Positions 8,757 to 19,068 of a stretch of DNA of 64,000 nucleotides are shown here, one piece after another. Source of the DNA: a virus. Lineage: Duplodnaviria; Caudoviricetes. The notes beneath the pieces were generated by a model. That model had not been told where the DNA came from. It saw only the letters and a program-made list of their open reading frames with translations, and made no database searches. Every line of letters starts with the position of its first letter. Position 1 is the stretch's first letter. The DNA lies in IMG/VR virus record IMGVR_UViG_3300037882_002064, positions 1,423 to 65,422 of that record; one strand, written 5' to 3'. Both the position numbers and the translations under genes were made by a program.

Positions 8757-10324
8757 TCGAGCTACCGACAGATCCCGTATTGCGGGCGGCGACCGTTGAT
8801 GAGCTGAAGCGGCTGGTGTACGACTTCCCGTACTACGCTTATAAGTGCCTGAAGGTGGCGACCAAGGGCGGCGCGGAGCAGGGCCTTGTGCCATTCCAGC
8901 TCAATACCGCGCAGCAGTACGTCCACACACGGCTGGAAGAACAACTATTCGAGCAGGGCCACATCAGGGCATTGATCCTGAAGGGCCGGCAGCAGGGCAT
9001 ATCGACCTACACTGAGGGGCGCTTTTACTGGCGCACCAGTGTTCGGCGTGGCGTGAAGGCCTACATCCTCACCCACCTGGCCGAGGCTACCGACAACCTG
9101 TTCGGCATGGTAGAGCGATACCATGTCAACGTACCGGATCGGCTGCGGCCGGCCACTGATAAGAACAATACCCGGCAGCTTCGGTTCATCGAGCTGGATT
9201 CGGGGTACAAGGTGGGCACTGCTGGCAGTAAGGGAGCGGGCCGATCCGGTACTTACAATTACTTCCACGGTTCGGAAGTGGCTTTCTGGCCCAATGCTGA
9301 CAAACATGCCGCGGGCGTGTTGCAGACGGTAGGCCGAGGGAATGGCACTGAGGTTATCTTCGAGTCCACTGCAAACGGGCCGACCGGGTATTTTTATACC
9401 CAGTGGCTTTTGGCGCAGAAGGGCATTGGTGACTTCATTGCCATTTTCGTGCCGTGGTTTTGGCAGGAGGAATATCAGCAGGAGCCGTCTGAGGACTGGA
9501 AACCCGAAGGCGAGGAATCGGAAAGGGCTGGCGTGTATGGCCTGACCCGCGCCCAAACCTACTGGATGCACATCAAGAATCTGGAACTGGGCGGCCAGCC
9601 GGGCATTATCTGCAACCTATTCATGCAGGAGTATCCCTGCACTGCCGCTGAGGCCTTCGTTTCATCCGGTGGCGACAAGGTATGTGACCCGGCGTTGGTA
9701 GCCGCGGCCAGGGCCAATACGATCCTCGATTCACTGGGCGCGCGCGTGATGGGCGTTGACCCGGCGCGCATGGGCGCTGACAGAACCTCGATGATTGATC
9801 GGAAGGGTCGCCGGGCCTACAACCTTGTGAGCTATCGCAAGAAGAAGAATACCGAAGTGGCATCACTGGTGGCTGCCAGGATCAACAAGGCCGCTAAAGA
9901 AGGCGATCCCTACCAGAAAGTGTTTATAGACGTTGGTGGGGTCGGGGCCGGGGTGGTGGACATACTCCAAGACAGCGGATTCGCGGATCTGGTGGTGCCA
10001 GTCAACTTCGGTGGCCGGCCTTTGGATCCAGAACTGTACGTCAACAAGCGATCCGAGATCTGGAAAACGATGGGATTGTGGTTCGAGAGCGAGGGCGGGG
10101 TAGACATACCCGACAACGACTCACTACATGCCGACCTGATCGGCCCCAATTACACACACAATCTGGTCAGAAACCAGTTTGTATTGGAAAGCAAAGAGCA
10201 AATGATTAAACGTGGCGTACCCAGTCCAGACGAGGGCGATAGCTTGGCATTGACCTTTGCATACCCGGTGGCAATGCCGACCGCTAAGAAGCAGCGCCGT
10301 CCTGCACAAGATTGGAGAACCTGA
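8753..10324 (+). CDS. terL: Terminase large subunit
   Basis: Walker A LKGRQQGIST, Walker B FHGSEVAFW, ESTANG coupling motif, RNase H-like GVDPA and SPDEGDSL. Confidence 0.95.
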   Translation: MIELPTDPVLRAATVDELKRLVYDFPYYAYKCLKVATKGGAEQGLVPFQLNTAQQYVHTRLEEQLFEQGHIRALILKGRQQGISTYTEGRFYWRTSVRRGVKAYILTHLAEATDNLFGMVERYHVNVPDRLRPATDKNNTRQLRFIELDSGYKVGTAGSKGAGRSGTYNYFHGSEVAFWPNADKHAAGVLQTVGRGNGTEVIFESTANGPTGYFYTQWLLAQKGIGDFIAIFVPWFWQEEYQQEPSEDWKPEGEESERAGVYGLTRAQTYWMHIKNLELGGQPGIICNLFMQEYPCTAAEAFVSSGGDKVCDPALVAAARANTILDSLGARVMGVDPARMGADRTSMIDRKGRRAYNLVSYRKKKNTEVASLVAARINKAAKEGDPYQKVFIDVGGVGAGVVDILQDSGFADLVVPVNFGGRPLDPELYVNKRSEIWKTMGLWFESEGGVDIPDNDSLHADLIGPNYTHNLVRNQFVLESKEQMIKRGVPSPDEGDSLALTFAYPVAMPTAKKQRRPAQDWRT

Positions 10325-12552
10325 TGCCGACGATTGGAGTGGACGAAACCGCAGCGCCAGGTATGGCGTTGCCGCAGCTTGAGGCCATGTTGGGCGAGAT
10401 CAACATGCAGCCGGTGTGGAAAGACGAGGCGCAAATTGCGGCCGCCTACTACGATGGCAAGCAGTTATCGCCCAAGGTAATGGAAACCCTGAAGGCTCGG
10501 GGCCAGGCTCCGCTGGTGTTCAACCTGATCGGCCCGACCATCGACGCTGTACTGGGCATCGAGGCCAAGACTCGTACCAGTTGGATCGTGCGCCCGGACA
10601 ATGACGACAGCATCGAGGTGGCCGAGGCCATGAACGAGAAGCTGAACGAGGCCAGCAGGCTATCGCTCGCGGATCGGGCCTGCGCTGATGCGTATGCTGC
10701 ACAGATCAAGACCGGGCTGGGATGGGTTGAGGTCAACCGGAATATAGATCCGTTCGACGCCCCATACCGCACCAACTATGTCAGCCGCAATGAGATCTCA
10801 TGGGATTGGCACTCGAAGCGGCCAGACCTGAAGGATTGCCGGTATCTGGTGCGTGAGCGGTGGCTGGACGAGGATCGGGCCTTATTGGCATTCCCGACAC
10901 ACCAAGCCCTGATTGCCAACGCGGTGCGCGGGTGGAAGGCTTGGGAAGGCGTGTGGGACGATAACAAGTCGCATCAAATGGTGCAGTTGCTTCATGCGTA
11001 CAGCGATATGCAGCAGACCACGCTGGACGAAGAAACGTGGTTCGACACTGAGCGCCGCAGGATCCGAGTGTTCGAGATATGGTATCGCACCTATCAGCGC
11101 GGCACAGTGTTGAAGCTGAACGATGGCCGGGTGATCGAATACCAGCCGGGCAATCCCTTGCACAACACGGCCATTGCGCTCAAGACGGCCAAGCCGATTG
11201 TGGGCACCTTCCCCAAGATGCGACTGTGCTACTTCCTTGGGTGCCATAGAATTGTCGACATTCCATCGCCGCTGCCCCATGACAGCTTTCCCTACATTCC
11301 CTTGTGGGGATTCAGGGAGGACGGCACCGGGATACCCTATGGCCTGATCCGCAGGATGATGAGTCCCCAGGATGAAGTGAATGCCCGGCGCTCGAAGATG
11401 ATGTGGTTGCTCGCGGCCAAGCGGGTAATCATGGACAGTGATGCTACGAATATGGACGTAGAGGAAGTCACTGACGAAGTGCAGCGCCCGGATGGCGTCA
11501 TTATAATGAACCCTTCCCGGCAGAACCGTGACCAATACGCATTCAGGGTTGAGCAGGACTTCCAGCTCGCGGCCCAGCAATTCGAGATCATGGTGGAAGC
11601 ACAGAAGATGATTCAGGACACGGCCGGCGTCTATTCGGCCCTGATGGGCAGGCAGGACGGCGGCGCTGACTCGGGTGTGGCCATTGCCAGCCTTGTTGAG
11701 CAGGGCAGTACCACCCTGGCCGAGCTGAACGACAACTACCGCTTTGGCCGCCGACTGGTGGGCGAGCAGTTGATGGCCATGATCCAGCAGGACATAGGCA
11801 AGGAACAAACCGAAGTGGCGACCAATGTGGCCAAGCCGGACAAGACCAAGTACATAAGCCTCAATCAGCCGGTACGCGACGAAGTAACCGGCGTGGAATC
11901 GATCAACAACGATGTGATGCGCTCGAAGATGCAGATCGTGCTGGACGACATACAGGCAACAGCGGGCTACCGGGCACAGGTATCGAACCGCCTGTTCGAG
12001 CTGGCCGCTACTCTGCCAGACGATGTGAAGGTGGCGATCCTCGACATTGTAGTGGATTCGACCGACATACCGCAGCGCGAAGAAATCGTGAAGCGTATCA
12101 GGAAGATCACTGGCACCGGCATCGATCCGCAGGATATGACGCCCGAAGAACAAGCCGAAATGCAGCGCAAGCAGGAAATGGCCGCCGAGCAAGAGCAGTT
12201 GGCTATTGAAGAACTGCGCGAGAAGGTCAACAACCTGAAGTCTCAGGCTATCAAGAACAATGCGGTGGCCACGAATACTGACGCTAAGACCGGCAGCCAG
12301 AAGTACGACGACCGGCTGAAGGACGCGCAGACCGACAAGACTATCGCTGAAATGAAGAAGCTGATGCAGGAAATGTCTGCCATGAGTGAGCAGATGAACC
12401 AGCAGATCACGGACGGCCAGGCCACGATCAAGGCTTATGAGTCTGTCTTGCCGAATGTGATGGAGTACAAGGCATTGCAGTCTCCCGGCGCGACCAAGAA
12501 GCCGGGTGGCATGGCCAGACCAGTGGCGAAGAAGAAAGCCGCTGTGAAGTAA
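10324..12552 (+). CDS. Portal protein (P22-like, with C-terminal barrel)
   Basis: Follows terL with TGATG overlap and GGAG RBS; YYDGKQ...RGQAPLVFNLI, PYGLIRRMMSPQDEVN, long coiled-coil tail. Confidence 0.9.
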   Translation: MPTIGVDETAAPGMALPQLEAMLGEINMQPVWKDEAQIAAAYYDGKQLSPKVMETLKARGQAPLVFNLIGPTIDAVLGIEAKTRTSWIVRPDNDDSIEVAEAMNEKLNEASRLSLADRACADAYAAQIKTGLGWVEVNRNIDPFDAPYRTNYVSRNEISWDWHSKRPDLKDCRYLVRERWLDEDRALLAFPTHQALIANAVRGWKAWEGVWDDNKSHQMVQLLHAYSDMQQTTLDEETWFDTERRRIRVFEIWYRTYQRGTVLKLNDGRVIEYQPGNPLHNTAIALKTAKPIVGTFPKMRLCYFLGCHRIVDIPSPLPHDSFPYIPLWGFREDGTGIPYGLIRRMMSPQDEVNARRSKMMWLLAAKRVIMDSDATNMDVEEVTDEVQRPDGVIIMNPSRQNRDQYAFRVEQDFQLAAQQFEIMVEAQKMIQDTAGVYSALMGRQDGGADSGVAIASLVEQGSTTLAELNDNYRFGRRLVGEQLMAMIQQDIGKEQTEVATNVAKPDKTKYISLNQPVRDEVTGVESINNDVMRSKMQIVLDDIQATAGYRAQVSNRLFELAATLPDDVKVAILDIVVDSTDIPQREEIVKRIRKITGTGIDPQDMTPEEQAEMQRKQEMAAEQEQLAIEELREKVNNLKSQAIKNNAVATNTDAKTGSQKYDDRLKDAQTDKTIAEMKKLMQEMSAMSEQMNQQITDGQATIKAYESVLPNVMEYKALQSPGATKKPGGMARPVAKKKAAVK

Positions 12553-12566
12553 ACCGAATAATGTGG

Positions 12567-12593
12567 AAAAGCCCGCCAAGTGCGGGTTTTTTT
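12567..12593 (+). terminator. Intrinsic terminator
   Basis: AAAA-GCCCGC-caagt-GCGGGT-TTTTTT. Confidence 0.8.
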
Positions 12594-12675
12594 ATGACCA
12601 GAATTCACGAATGCCGAGGTCGTGACGGCTCAATAGTAAATCACGCAGTCATGCGATAAATGACGGAGCGCAGTA

Positions 12676-13629
12676 ATGAGTGACGCAGCAATGGAGAAGA
12701 TTTTAGATTCAGGAAGCCTTGAGGATATAGATGCCTTGCTATCCAACCTTGAAAAGGGAATGGACGAGAGTGCAGCCTTGGCCGCCGTTGAAAGTAGCGA
12801 AACCGTGCCTATTGTTCCAGATGTGGAACCAGTAGCGCCCGTTGACCCGCCCAGTCAAAACGTGCAGAGCCAGGTAGCACCCCCAGCAGAAGCAGACGCC
12901 CCAGCGGCCATACTGGCTAAAGATGGTAAGAACCTTATTCCATTCAGTGTATTGGAGAATACTCGGCACCAAGCCGCAGCTATTCAAGCGCAATTGGAGG
13001 AAGCACAGCGAGTCAATGCCCTGTTACAGGGGCAGCTTACGGAAGCGAATATCAAGCCAAAGGAATTGCCCGAGCATATCCGATTTACCCCGGAGCAGCT
13101 TGAGGACTTTGCAACCTACGGTGAGATCGGTGAAGCGGTGGCGATTCTTGCCCAGCAGAACCAGGCTTTACAAGAGCAGATTGCACGGCAGATCCCGAGC
13201 TACCAGCCGCCAGAAATGGTGGCCCCGGAGTCCAATCCACTTGCCAACAATCCCGACACCTTGCGGTGGAGCGGGAATGACGCCCATTGGGACATGATGC
13301 AGGTCGTGAATAGCGGCCTTGATAGTGACCCCAATTGGGCGGGCAGAGACACAGCAGCTCGCGTTCCTGAAATTGTTCGTCGGATGAAAGTCGCCCTTGG
13401 CGAATCTTCCGGCGCGGATGTAACTGCAAGCGCGCAGGCCACCATAGCGGCGGCGCAGCGCGTAGCACCAAACTCACTAACCGATGTGGGGGGTGAAGTA
13501 CCCGGCCAGACCCGGCCGATTGCTGACATGCTTGCCGATGGGGACGCCCAGGATGTTGAGGCGTACCTAGCGAAAGCAACAGCAGGCGGCAAGTCTATGG
13601 ACGAGGTTCTATCTGCCCTCCTTGGATAA
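12676..13629 (+). CDS. Capsid scaffolding protein
   Basis: Acidic; ILAKDGKNLIPFSVLE motif then a coiled coil; between portal and capsid genes. Confidence 0.8.
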   Translation: MSDAAMEKILDSGSLEDIDALLSNLEKGMDESAALAAVESSETVPIVPDVEPVAPVDPPSQNVQSQVAPPAEADAPAAILAKDGKNLIPFSVLENTRHQAAAIQAQLEEAQRVNALLQGQLTEANIKPKELPEHIRFTPEQLEDFATYGEIGEAVAILAQQNQALQEQIARQIPSYQPPEMVAPESNPLANNPDTLRWSGNDAHWDMMQVVNSGLDSDPNWAGRDTAARVPEIVRRMKVALGESSGADVTASAQATIAAAQRVAPNSLTDVGGEVPGQTRPIADMLADGDAQDVEAYLAKATAGGKSMDEVLSALLG

Positions 13630-13647
13630 TTTTTAAGGAGACATTCT

Positions 13648-14880
13648 ATGTCTACAACTGTAGGAACTAACGCCAGCATTGCGAACAAATTGTTCAATGC
13701 TGCGCTTTTCTTGGAAGCCTCTCGGCGTCCGTCTTTTGCCAACATCCAAACTGGCGCAGCACCCTCGCTGTCCGGTGAGGCTCGAAAAGCAAAAGGCCAG
13801 ACCGCTGCCGGCGCTCCAATCGTGCGCGTTACCGATCTGGAATCTTCAGCCGGCGACGAAGTGACCGTGGACATTTTCCACCAACTGCGTCAGAAGCCAG
13901 TGATGGGCGACAAGATCATCGCGGGCAAAGGCGCTAACCTGAAATATGCGAGCTTCTCTCTGAAGATCGACCAAGGCCGTACTTTGGTTGATGCGGGTGG
14001 CCGTATGTCTCAGCAACGCACCAAGCACAACCTGAAAATGACAGCCAAAACCTTGCTGTCTCCGTACTACAACCGACTGGCAGACCAGATTTCTCTGGTT
14101 CACCTGGCAGGTGCCCGCGGCGATCACAATGACGCTGACTGGATTCTGCCGCTGGCCTCGGATGTGGATTTTGCGGAAATCATGGTGAACCCCGTAACTC
14201 CCCCGACCTTCGACCGCCATTTTTATGGTGGAAGTGGTGCGACCTCGATTGCAACGCTGGATGGTGCCGACTTGTTCGCGCTGTCTGCCGTAGATCGTTT
14301 GCGCCTGGCGCTGGACGAAATGGCGTTCCCCTTGCAGCCGATCCGTATGGAAGGCGACCCAATGGCAGAGGATTCACCTTTCCACTGCCTGTGGATCACG
14401 CCTCGCCAGTGGTACGACTTCTGGACTTCTACCAGCGGTTCTGATTGGCGCGCACTGCAAGCGAATGCGTTCGAGCGGAAGAATAACTTCAATCACCCGA
14501 TCTTCAAGGGTGATGCGGTGATGTGGAACAACATCCTCGTTAAGAAGCAGCCCCGCCCGATCCGTTTCAATGCAGGCACGGTAGTTACGGTTTGTACCAA
14601 TAGTGTTGATGCAGCGACCACGACCAGCACCGCAGCAGTTCGCGTAGAGCGAGCTATCCTGTTGGGCGCACAGGCGATGGCTGATGCTTACGGCGCGACT
14701 GGTGGAGCTGGCGGCGGTTACTACTTCGGCATGAACGAGGAAGTGACTGACCACGGCAACCGGAACGAAATGTCCGTTGCATGGATGAATGGCAAGGCAA
14801 AAATCCGCTTCCAGGGCACTGATGGTCGTGTAAACGATCACGGCGTCATGGTTCTGGATACCGCTGTCAGCACTACCTAA
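13648..14880 (+). CDS. Major capsid protein (N4-gp56/DUF4043-like)
   Basis: AAGGAG RBS; PIVRVTDL...GDEV, IDQGR..VDAGGRMSQQRT, LLGAQA, DHGN, DHGV; 410 aa. Confidence 0.9.
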   Translation: MSTTVGTNASIANKLFNAALFLEASRRPSFANIQTGAAPSLSGEARKAKGQTAAGAPIVRVTDLESSAGDEVTVDIFHQLRQKPVMGDKIIAGKGANLKYASFSLKIDQGRTLVDAGGRMSQQRTKHNLKMTAKTLLSPYYNRLADQISLVHLAGARGDHNDADWILPLASDVDFAEIMVNPVTPPTFDRHFYGGSGATSIATLDGADLFALSAVDRLRLALDEMAFPLQPIRMEGDPMAEDSPFHCLWITPRQWYDFWTSTSGSDWRALQANAFERKNNFNHPIFKGDAVMWNNILVKKQPRPIRFNAGTVVTVCTNSVDAATTTSTAAVRVERAILLGAQAMADAYGATGGAGGGYYFGMNEEVTDHGNRNEMSVAWMNGKAKIRFQGTDGRVNDHGVMVLDTAVSTT

Positions 14881-14920
14881 TAGTAGTTCTGGCACCGCTT
14901 CGAGCGGAGAGTAAACACCG

Positions 14921-14952
14921 CAATGGGCCGGGAATTCTCAGCCCATTGTTTT
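14921..14952 (+). terminator. Hairpin / probable terminator after capsid gene
   Basis: CAATGGGC...GCCCATTG followed by TTTT. Confidence 0.55.
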
Positions 14953-14980
14953 AATCTTTTTCAATCAGAGGAACACAGTC

Positions 14981-15397
14981 ATGGCAGATGTTCAAAGCCC
15001 CGGCTACAAAAACGCGCAGCAGAACGGAGAGTATGGCAACGCCCGCGTCGCCATTATGTCCGTAGCTCTTGCTGCATTCGCAACTACTGACCTGGCACTT
15101 CTTGGGCAACTGCCCGGAAGCTGCCGCATCCACCGTGTCACCGCCAAAACCGGCGACATGGGCGCTGCTCAGACGATGGACATTGGCTACCGCTACAAGG
15201 TGACGGCCGAAGGCACCAGCGATCCTGATGGCTTCTTCGATGGTATCGACACCGGCACCGCAGCGGCGACCAATACCTACGTTGGGCCTGTTACGATTGC
15301 TGCCGGCCAAGGCGTTGACATTGTGGCTGCACCTATCGGTGCCGCTGCAACTGGGCAGCTCGATGTGATTATCGAGTACGAGTACCTGGGTCAATAA
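14981..15397 (+). CDS. Putative capsid cement/decoration protein
   Basis: GAGG RBS; 138-aa beta-rich protein directly after the capsid gene. Confidence 0.65.
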   Translation: MADVQSPGYKNAQQNGEYGNARVAIMSVALAAFATTDLALLGQLPGSCRIHRVTAKTGDMGAAQTMDIGYRYKVTAEGTSDPDGFFDGIDTGTAAATNTYVGPVTIAAGQGVDIVAAPIGAAATGQLDVIIEYEYLGQ

Positions 15398-15459
15398 ACG
15401 ACCCGTAACCCGGAGCGGGCCGGTATGGACGCTCCACCAATTCTTTAAGGAGGCCCTTC

Positions 15460-15894
15460 GTGGCTAACGTAAAAGTGCGGTATATCGGCACTAAGCCGAT
15501 TCGTGGTGACAACATTTGCGGGACGCTGGCCGTATGGACTGGCGAAGGCAGTGTTCAAGCAGTACCAGAGGATGTGGCAGTCAGGCTTTGCCAGTTCCCG
15601 GATGTATGGCAATTGGCCGATAAGCCAGTAATCAAGCGGCCTGCTGTACAAGCTGCGCCGGCAGAATGCGACTATCTGGACGACGATGAACCTGAAGCTG
15701 CACCTGACCAGGCTGACGGCACCCCCGTTACCGCTGCGGAAATCGTTGCGATCCTGCCTTTGTTGGACAAGGACACAGACTTCACCGAGGCTGGCCGCCC
15801 TATCATGGCCAGTGTGCGCGCGCAGTTTGAAGGACGACCAGTGGAAATTGCTGATGTGAAGGAAGCCTGGGCTACCTTTACCGGAGCGGAGTAA
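15460..15894 (+). CDS. Hypothetical head-associated protein
   Basis: AAGGAGG RBS, GTG start. Confidence 0.7.
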   Translation: MANVKVRYIGTKPIRGDNICGTLAVWTGEGSVQAVPEDVAVRLCQFPDVWQLADKPVIKRPAVQAAPAECDYLDDDEPEAAPDQADGTPVTAAEIVAILPLLDKDTDFTEAGRPIMASVRAQFEGRPVEIADVKEAWATFTGAE

Positions 15895-15900
15895 ACCTCG

Positions 15901-16710
15901 ATGGTGAGCGCGGCGATTGAGACTATTTGTGACATGGTTGAACATGCCCGGCTTCGGCTGGACGACATAGGCCCAGTCGCCACGACACCAACGACCAATC
16001 TTGAGTTGATCCAGCAGGCGGCCGAAGTGGCCGACGAGAGTGAATTGCTGTGGTCAACGCCCGAGCTGGTGCATTTTGCCAATGAGGCCATCAAGGAAGT
16101 GGCGCTACGCACCCGCTGTATCCGTGATTCTGAACACGACGAGGCCAATGTCACGACTTACGCATGGGCCGCTGACGTTACGCACAAGTACGTTGACCAG
16201 CGAGTGCTTGAGATCAAGCGGGCTTTTTGGGTATCGACAGGCAATCCGACCGTGATCCTGACGCCGGACTCTGAAAAGTACCTTGACGAGCAGGTAATGG
16301 ATAATAACCAGACGTTATATCAGAGTGTCTATGCGAATACCGCGCCCAACTGGCGCACAGAGCCGGTGGCCACTCCGACCCGGTACGTTGTCTCGCGGGA
16401 GAGCCGAGTGGTTCGCATGGTGGGCGTTCCGTCCATAGCGGGCACCCTGCAACTGGATGTGGTGCGCTTGCCGCTTGAGGCCATCGAGGTCGGTATACCC
16501 GAGATCCCGCAACACTTCCTGTCCGACTGTCTCGACTGGATGTGTCACCTGGCTTATTTGAAAAATGATGCGGATACCTATGATCCTACGCGATCAGAGC
16601 GATACGCCAAGGAATTCGAGCGCAAGGTAGGGCCGAGGCCCACCGATCATCGACTGATATGCGAGTACCAGCAGTCCGGTAGGCGTAGGCCGAGAGGGAT
16701 TTACTTCTAA
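15901..16710 (+). CDS. Head-to-tail adaptor protein
   Basis: LLWSTPELVHFANEA...PEIPQHF...LAYLKNDADT pattern; position. Confidence 0.7.
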   Translation: MVSAAIETICDMVEHARLRLDDIGPVATTPTTNLELIQQAAEVADESELLWSTPELVHFANEAIKEVALRTRCIRDSEHDEANVTTYAWAADVTHKYVDQRVLEIKRAFWVSTGNPTVILTPDSEKYLDEQVMDNNQTLYQSVYANTAPNWRTEPVATPTRYVVSRESRVVRMVGVPSIAGTLQLDVVRLPLEAIEVGIPEIPQHFLSDCLDWMCHLAYLKNDADTYDPTRSERYAKEFERKVGPRPTDHRLICEYQQSGRRRPRGIYF

Positions 16711-17666
16711 TGCCAACCAATGACCAGTCAGTAAAGATCAGTCAATTCCTTGGGTTGAGAAATACCGACCGGCCGGCCAGGTTGCCCGAGGGGGCATTGG
16801 TTGATGCCGTGAACATTGATATTGACGACACTGGGGGCATTGAGCGCCGGGCCGGGTATTCGACCCTGACCGGCCTGACAGCCGTAACCGCGGCATACGC
16901 GACACTGGATGAAGCCAGCCTGTATGTTGTGGACGGCGGCATATTGAAGCGCGTAATGACTCTCTCACCGCTGGTGACTACGGCCGTGGCTATATCGATC
17001 GGCAATGGAGAGGTCTGGTGGGCCGAGAACGGCGAGCATATTTTTTGCTCGGGCGCGGCCAATGGCATAATTTACGGGAACCAGTTGTTCCCTTATGGGG
17101 AATGGGGATCTGACGACCAGCAGGTACTTGACGCCCAAGGGCAGTCCCTGTTTCTCGACGAGGCCGACATTGGCACCCTGGCCCCACCTGAAAACACGGA
17201 ATGCGTGGCATTCTTTGAGGGCTGCGTATGGCTGTCCTACTACGACACCGCGGCAGACCAGACATTCATCTTTCGATCCAAGCCGTTCTTTTGGTCGCGG
17301 TGGGATACGGCCAATGACTACATCGCCGTTCTTGGTCATGTGCGATTGCTAGCTGCGCCAAAAAACAGCAGCGGCATGGTGATCGGTACGGATCGAGCAA
17401 TCCATGTGTACAGCCAGGGTGCGCTGCAACAGGTGGCCGACTGGGGTGTAGCGCCCGGCCAGCACGATGAAGATGATGGCAAAGTGTATTTCTGGACAGA
17501 CTTTGGCCTTTGCCGGGCGCTGCCCTTCGAGGCTATGACTGATTCCGCTGTCAGCGTGAACCCGGCAACTCGGGCCGTTGTCAGTGTTGCCTACCCGGAT
17601 CTGGCGCACACCCGAGCCATTGTAGTGACCACCGGGGGCGGCGTGGCCGAGAATCCTTATGCCTGA
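16710..17666 (+). CDS. Tail nozzle/tubular protein (putative)
   Basis: FLGLRN...L.DAVNIDIDDTGGIERRAG N-terminus typical of podovirus nozzle proteins. Confidence 0.65.
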   Translation: MPTNDQSVKISQFLGLRNTDRPARLPEGALVDAVNIDIDDTGGIERRAGYSTLTGLTAVTAAYATLDEASLYVVDGGILKRVMTLSPLVTTAVAISIGNGEVWWAENGEHIFCSGAANGIIYGNQLFPYGEWGSDDQQVLDAQGQSLFLDEADIGTLAPPENTECVAFFEGCVWLSYYDTAADQTFIFRSKPFFWSRWDTANDYIAVLGHVRLLAAPKNSSGMVIGTDRAIHVYSQGALQQVADWGVAPGQHDEDDGKVYFWTDFGLCRALPFEAMTDSAVSVNPATRAVVSVAYPDLAHTRAIVVTTGGGVAENPYA

Positions 17667-18996
17667 TAATTGTTACTGGATCGGGGAGAGCGGTGCCTAC
17701 GAGCTATGCTTTTCAGTAGATTTGCCAGGCTTGCCAACCGGGTGGATACAGTACGACAGCTTGCCAGATGCCATCATAGGCAGGGCCGGGTACACAACAT
17801 ATCCACCAATCAGTAATCACCCCCAGTCAGGAAGGCCCGCCTACGGCAATGGCAATATCGTGATCGCTTGTGCGTTTTCCTATGGCGTCCAGCCGGCTGC
17901 TTCAAATGGATCGCATGAAACTTACGGCGTTTTTGTTTCCCAGGATGATGGCTTCACCTACGGCGACCTGATTGAGAAGTTTACATGGCTTCCGGGCGGG
18001 CCGTACTTTGAAGGGTATGACGCCAACGGCTTCTTTTATGGGCAGATTGAGCATTTTGGTACTGCTATATCGTTCGACGGCACTGATTTTTATGTGGTTA
18101 GTACCACGAACAATAATACCGCTGACAACGAATTGCTTATTATCACATCAAAATCGAGCGATGGTTTAAGTTGGTCGAATATAACAACCAACGCCGCCGA
18201 CCATGATATTTCCCTATCGGATTCTTATGGCGGGAAGGTGTGGTATTTGGGGACTAACAGCACAATTGCCACCTACACTCCGTTCCCGGCCGATGCCTTC
18301 ACGGTCGGCTATTCTGGCGACGATGGGGCAACGTGGACAACCGCTACTCTGGTGGCACCTAATTATGCCGCGCCAGATGATGTATTTGTGGCGTGTTCCG
18401 CAAATCAAGATGGCTTTCATATGGCCATGCAGAGCTACGTCGTATTTTGGGGAATAGTGTATTACCGGCCGACAGGCAATTCGTCATGGGATACGCCAGT
18501 AGACTTGTTCGATTTTGCGCTAGGCTTCTATGAGGATTTTGGAGTTCAGTTAATAGCGTCCAGAATAGACACGAACAATATCTATGCTTCAGTCAATGGC
18601 TATACGGTCGTGGACTCTTACGACTGTATTTATTTCAGGCGGTCAGGTGATGGCGGCTTAACATGGAGTTCAGATATAACGGCATGGGAAGGTGACGCGA
18701 CAAATTATCTACCATCAACAGGACGATTTAACCGCCATCAGCTTGTTGAGCTGGCAGATGAGCGATTGGTTGTTGTTTTTGTGTATAACGATGGCGCTGA
18801 CGATAATCTTGCGTATGTCATATCGAGCGATAATGGCGTGACATGGGGTGCAGCGACTGTATTGGAGACAGCTCCATTCCTTATTGACAACTACTTTTAT
18901 AACGCTCGAATTTACGCCTGCGCCAGAGGCAATGATGTGATTGTGACCCAGTGTGACCGAGTTATCGCTGGGAATACCTATATCTTCCGACCGTAA
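17659..18996 (+). CDS. Asp-box (BNR) repeat, sialidase-like beta-propeller; candidate receptor-binding protein
   Basis: Five Asp boxes: SQDDGFTY, SSDGLSW, SGDDGATW, SGDGGLTW, SSDNGVTW; visibly more AT-rich than neighbours. Confidence 0.75.
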   Translation: MPDNCYWIGESGAYELCFSVDLPGLPTGWIQYDSLPDAIIGRAGYTTYPPISNHPQSGRPAYGNGNIVIACAFSYGVQPAASNGSHETYGVFVSQDDGFTYGDLIEKFTWLPGGPYFEGYDANGFFYGQIEHFGTAISFDGTDFYVVSTTNNNTADNELLIITSKSSDGLSWSNITTNAADHDISLSDSYGGKVWYLGTNSTIATYTPFPADAFTVGYSGDDGATWTTATLVAPNYAAPDDVFVACSANQDGFHMAMQSYVVFWGIVYYRPTGNSSWDTPVDLFDFALGFYEDFGVQLIASRIDTNNIYASVNGYTVVDSYDCIYFRRSGDGGLTWSSDITAWEGDATNYLPSTGRFNRHQLVELADERLVVVFVYNDGADDNLAYVISSDNGVTWGAATVLETAPFLIDNYFYNARIYACARGNDVIVTQCDRVIAGNTYIFRP

Positions 18997-19022
18997 CGCC
19001 CAGGCACCGAGTACCAACCAGA

Positions 19023-19044
19023 CCCCGCTTATGCGGGTTTTTTT
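19023..19044 (+). terminator. Intrinsic terminator
   Basis: CCCGC-ttat-GCGGG followed by T7. Confidence 0.8.
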
Positions 19045-19068
19045 ATTTAACAGTAAGGAGAAACACCT

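Noticed and set aside
11535-11559. YAFRVEQD in the portal matching the giant-protein motif
   Set aside because: Single copy in what should be a folded portal core; treated as chance, but useful as a control for the cleavage hypothesis.
10882-12579. 565-aa minus-strand ORF
   Set aside because: Antisense shadow of the portal gene; His/Leu/Val-rich composition typical of reverse frames, no motifs.
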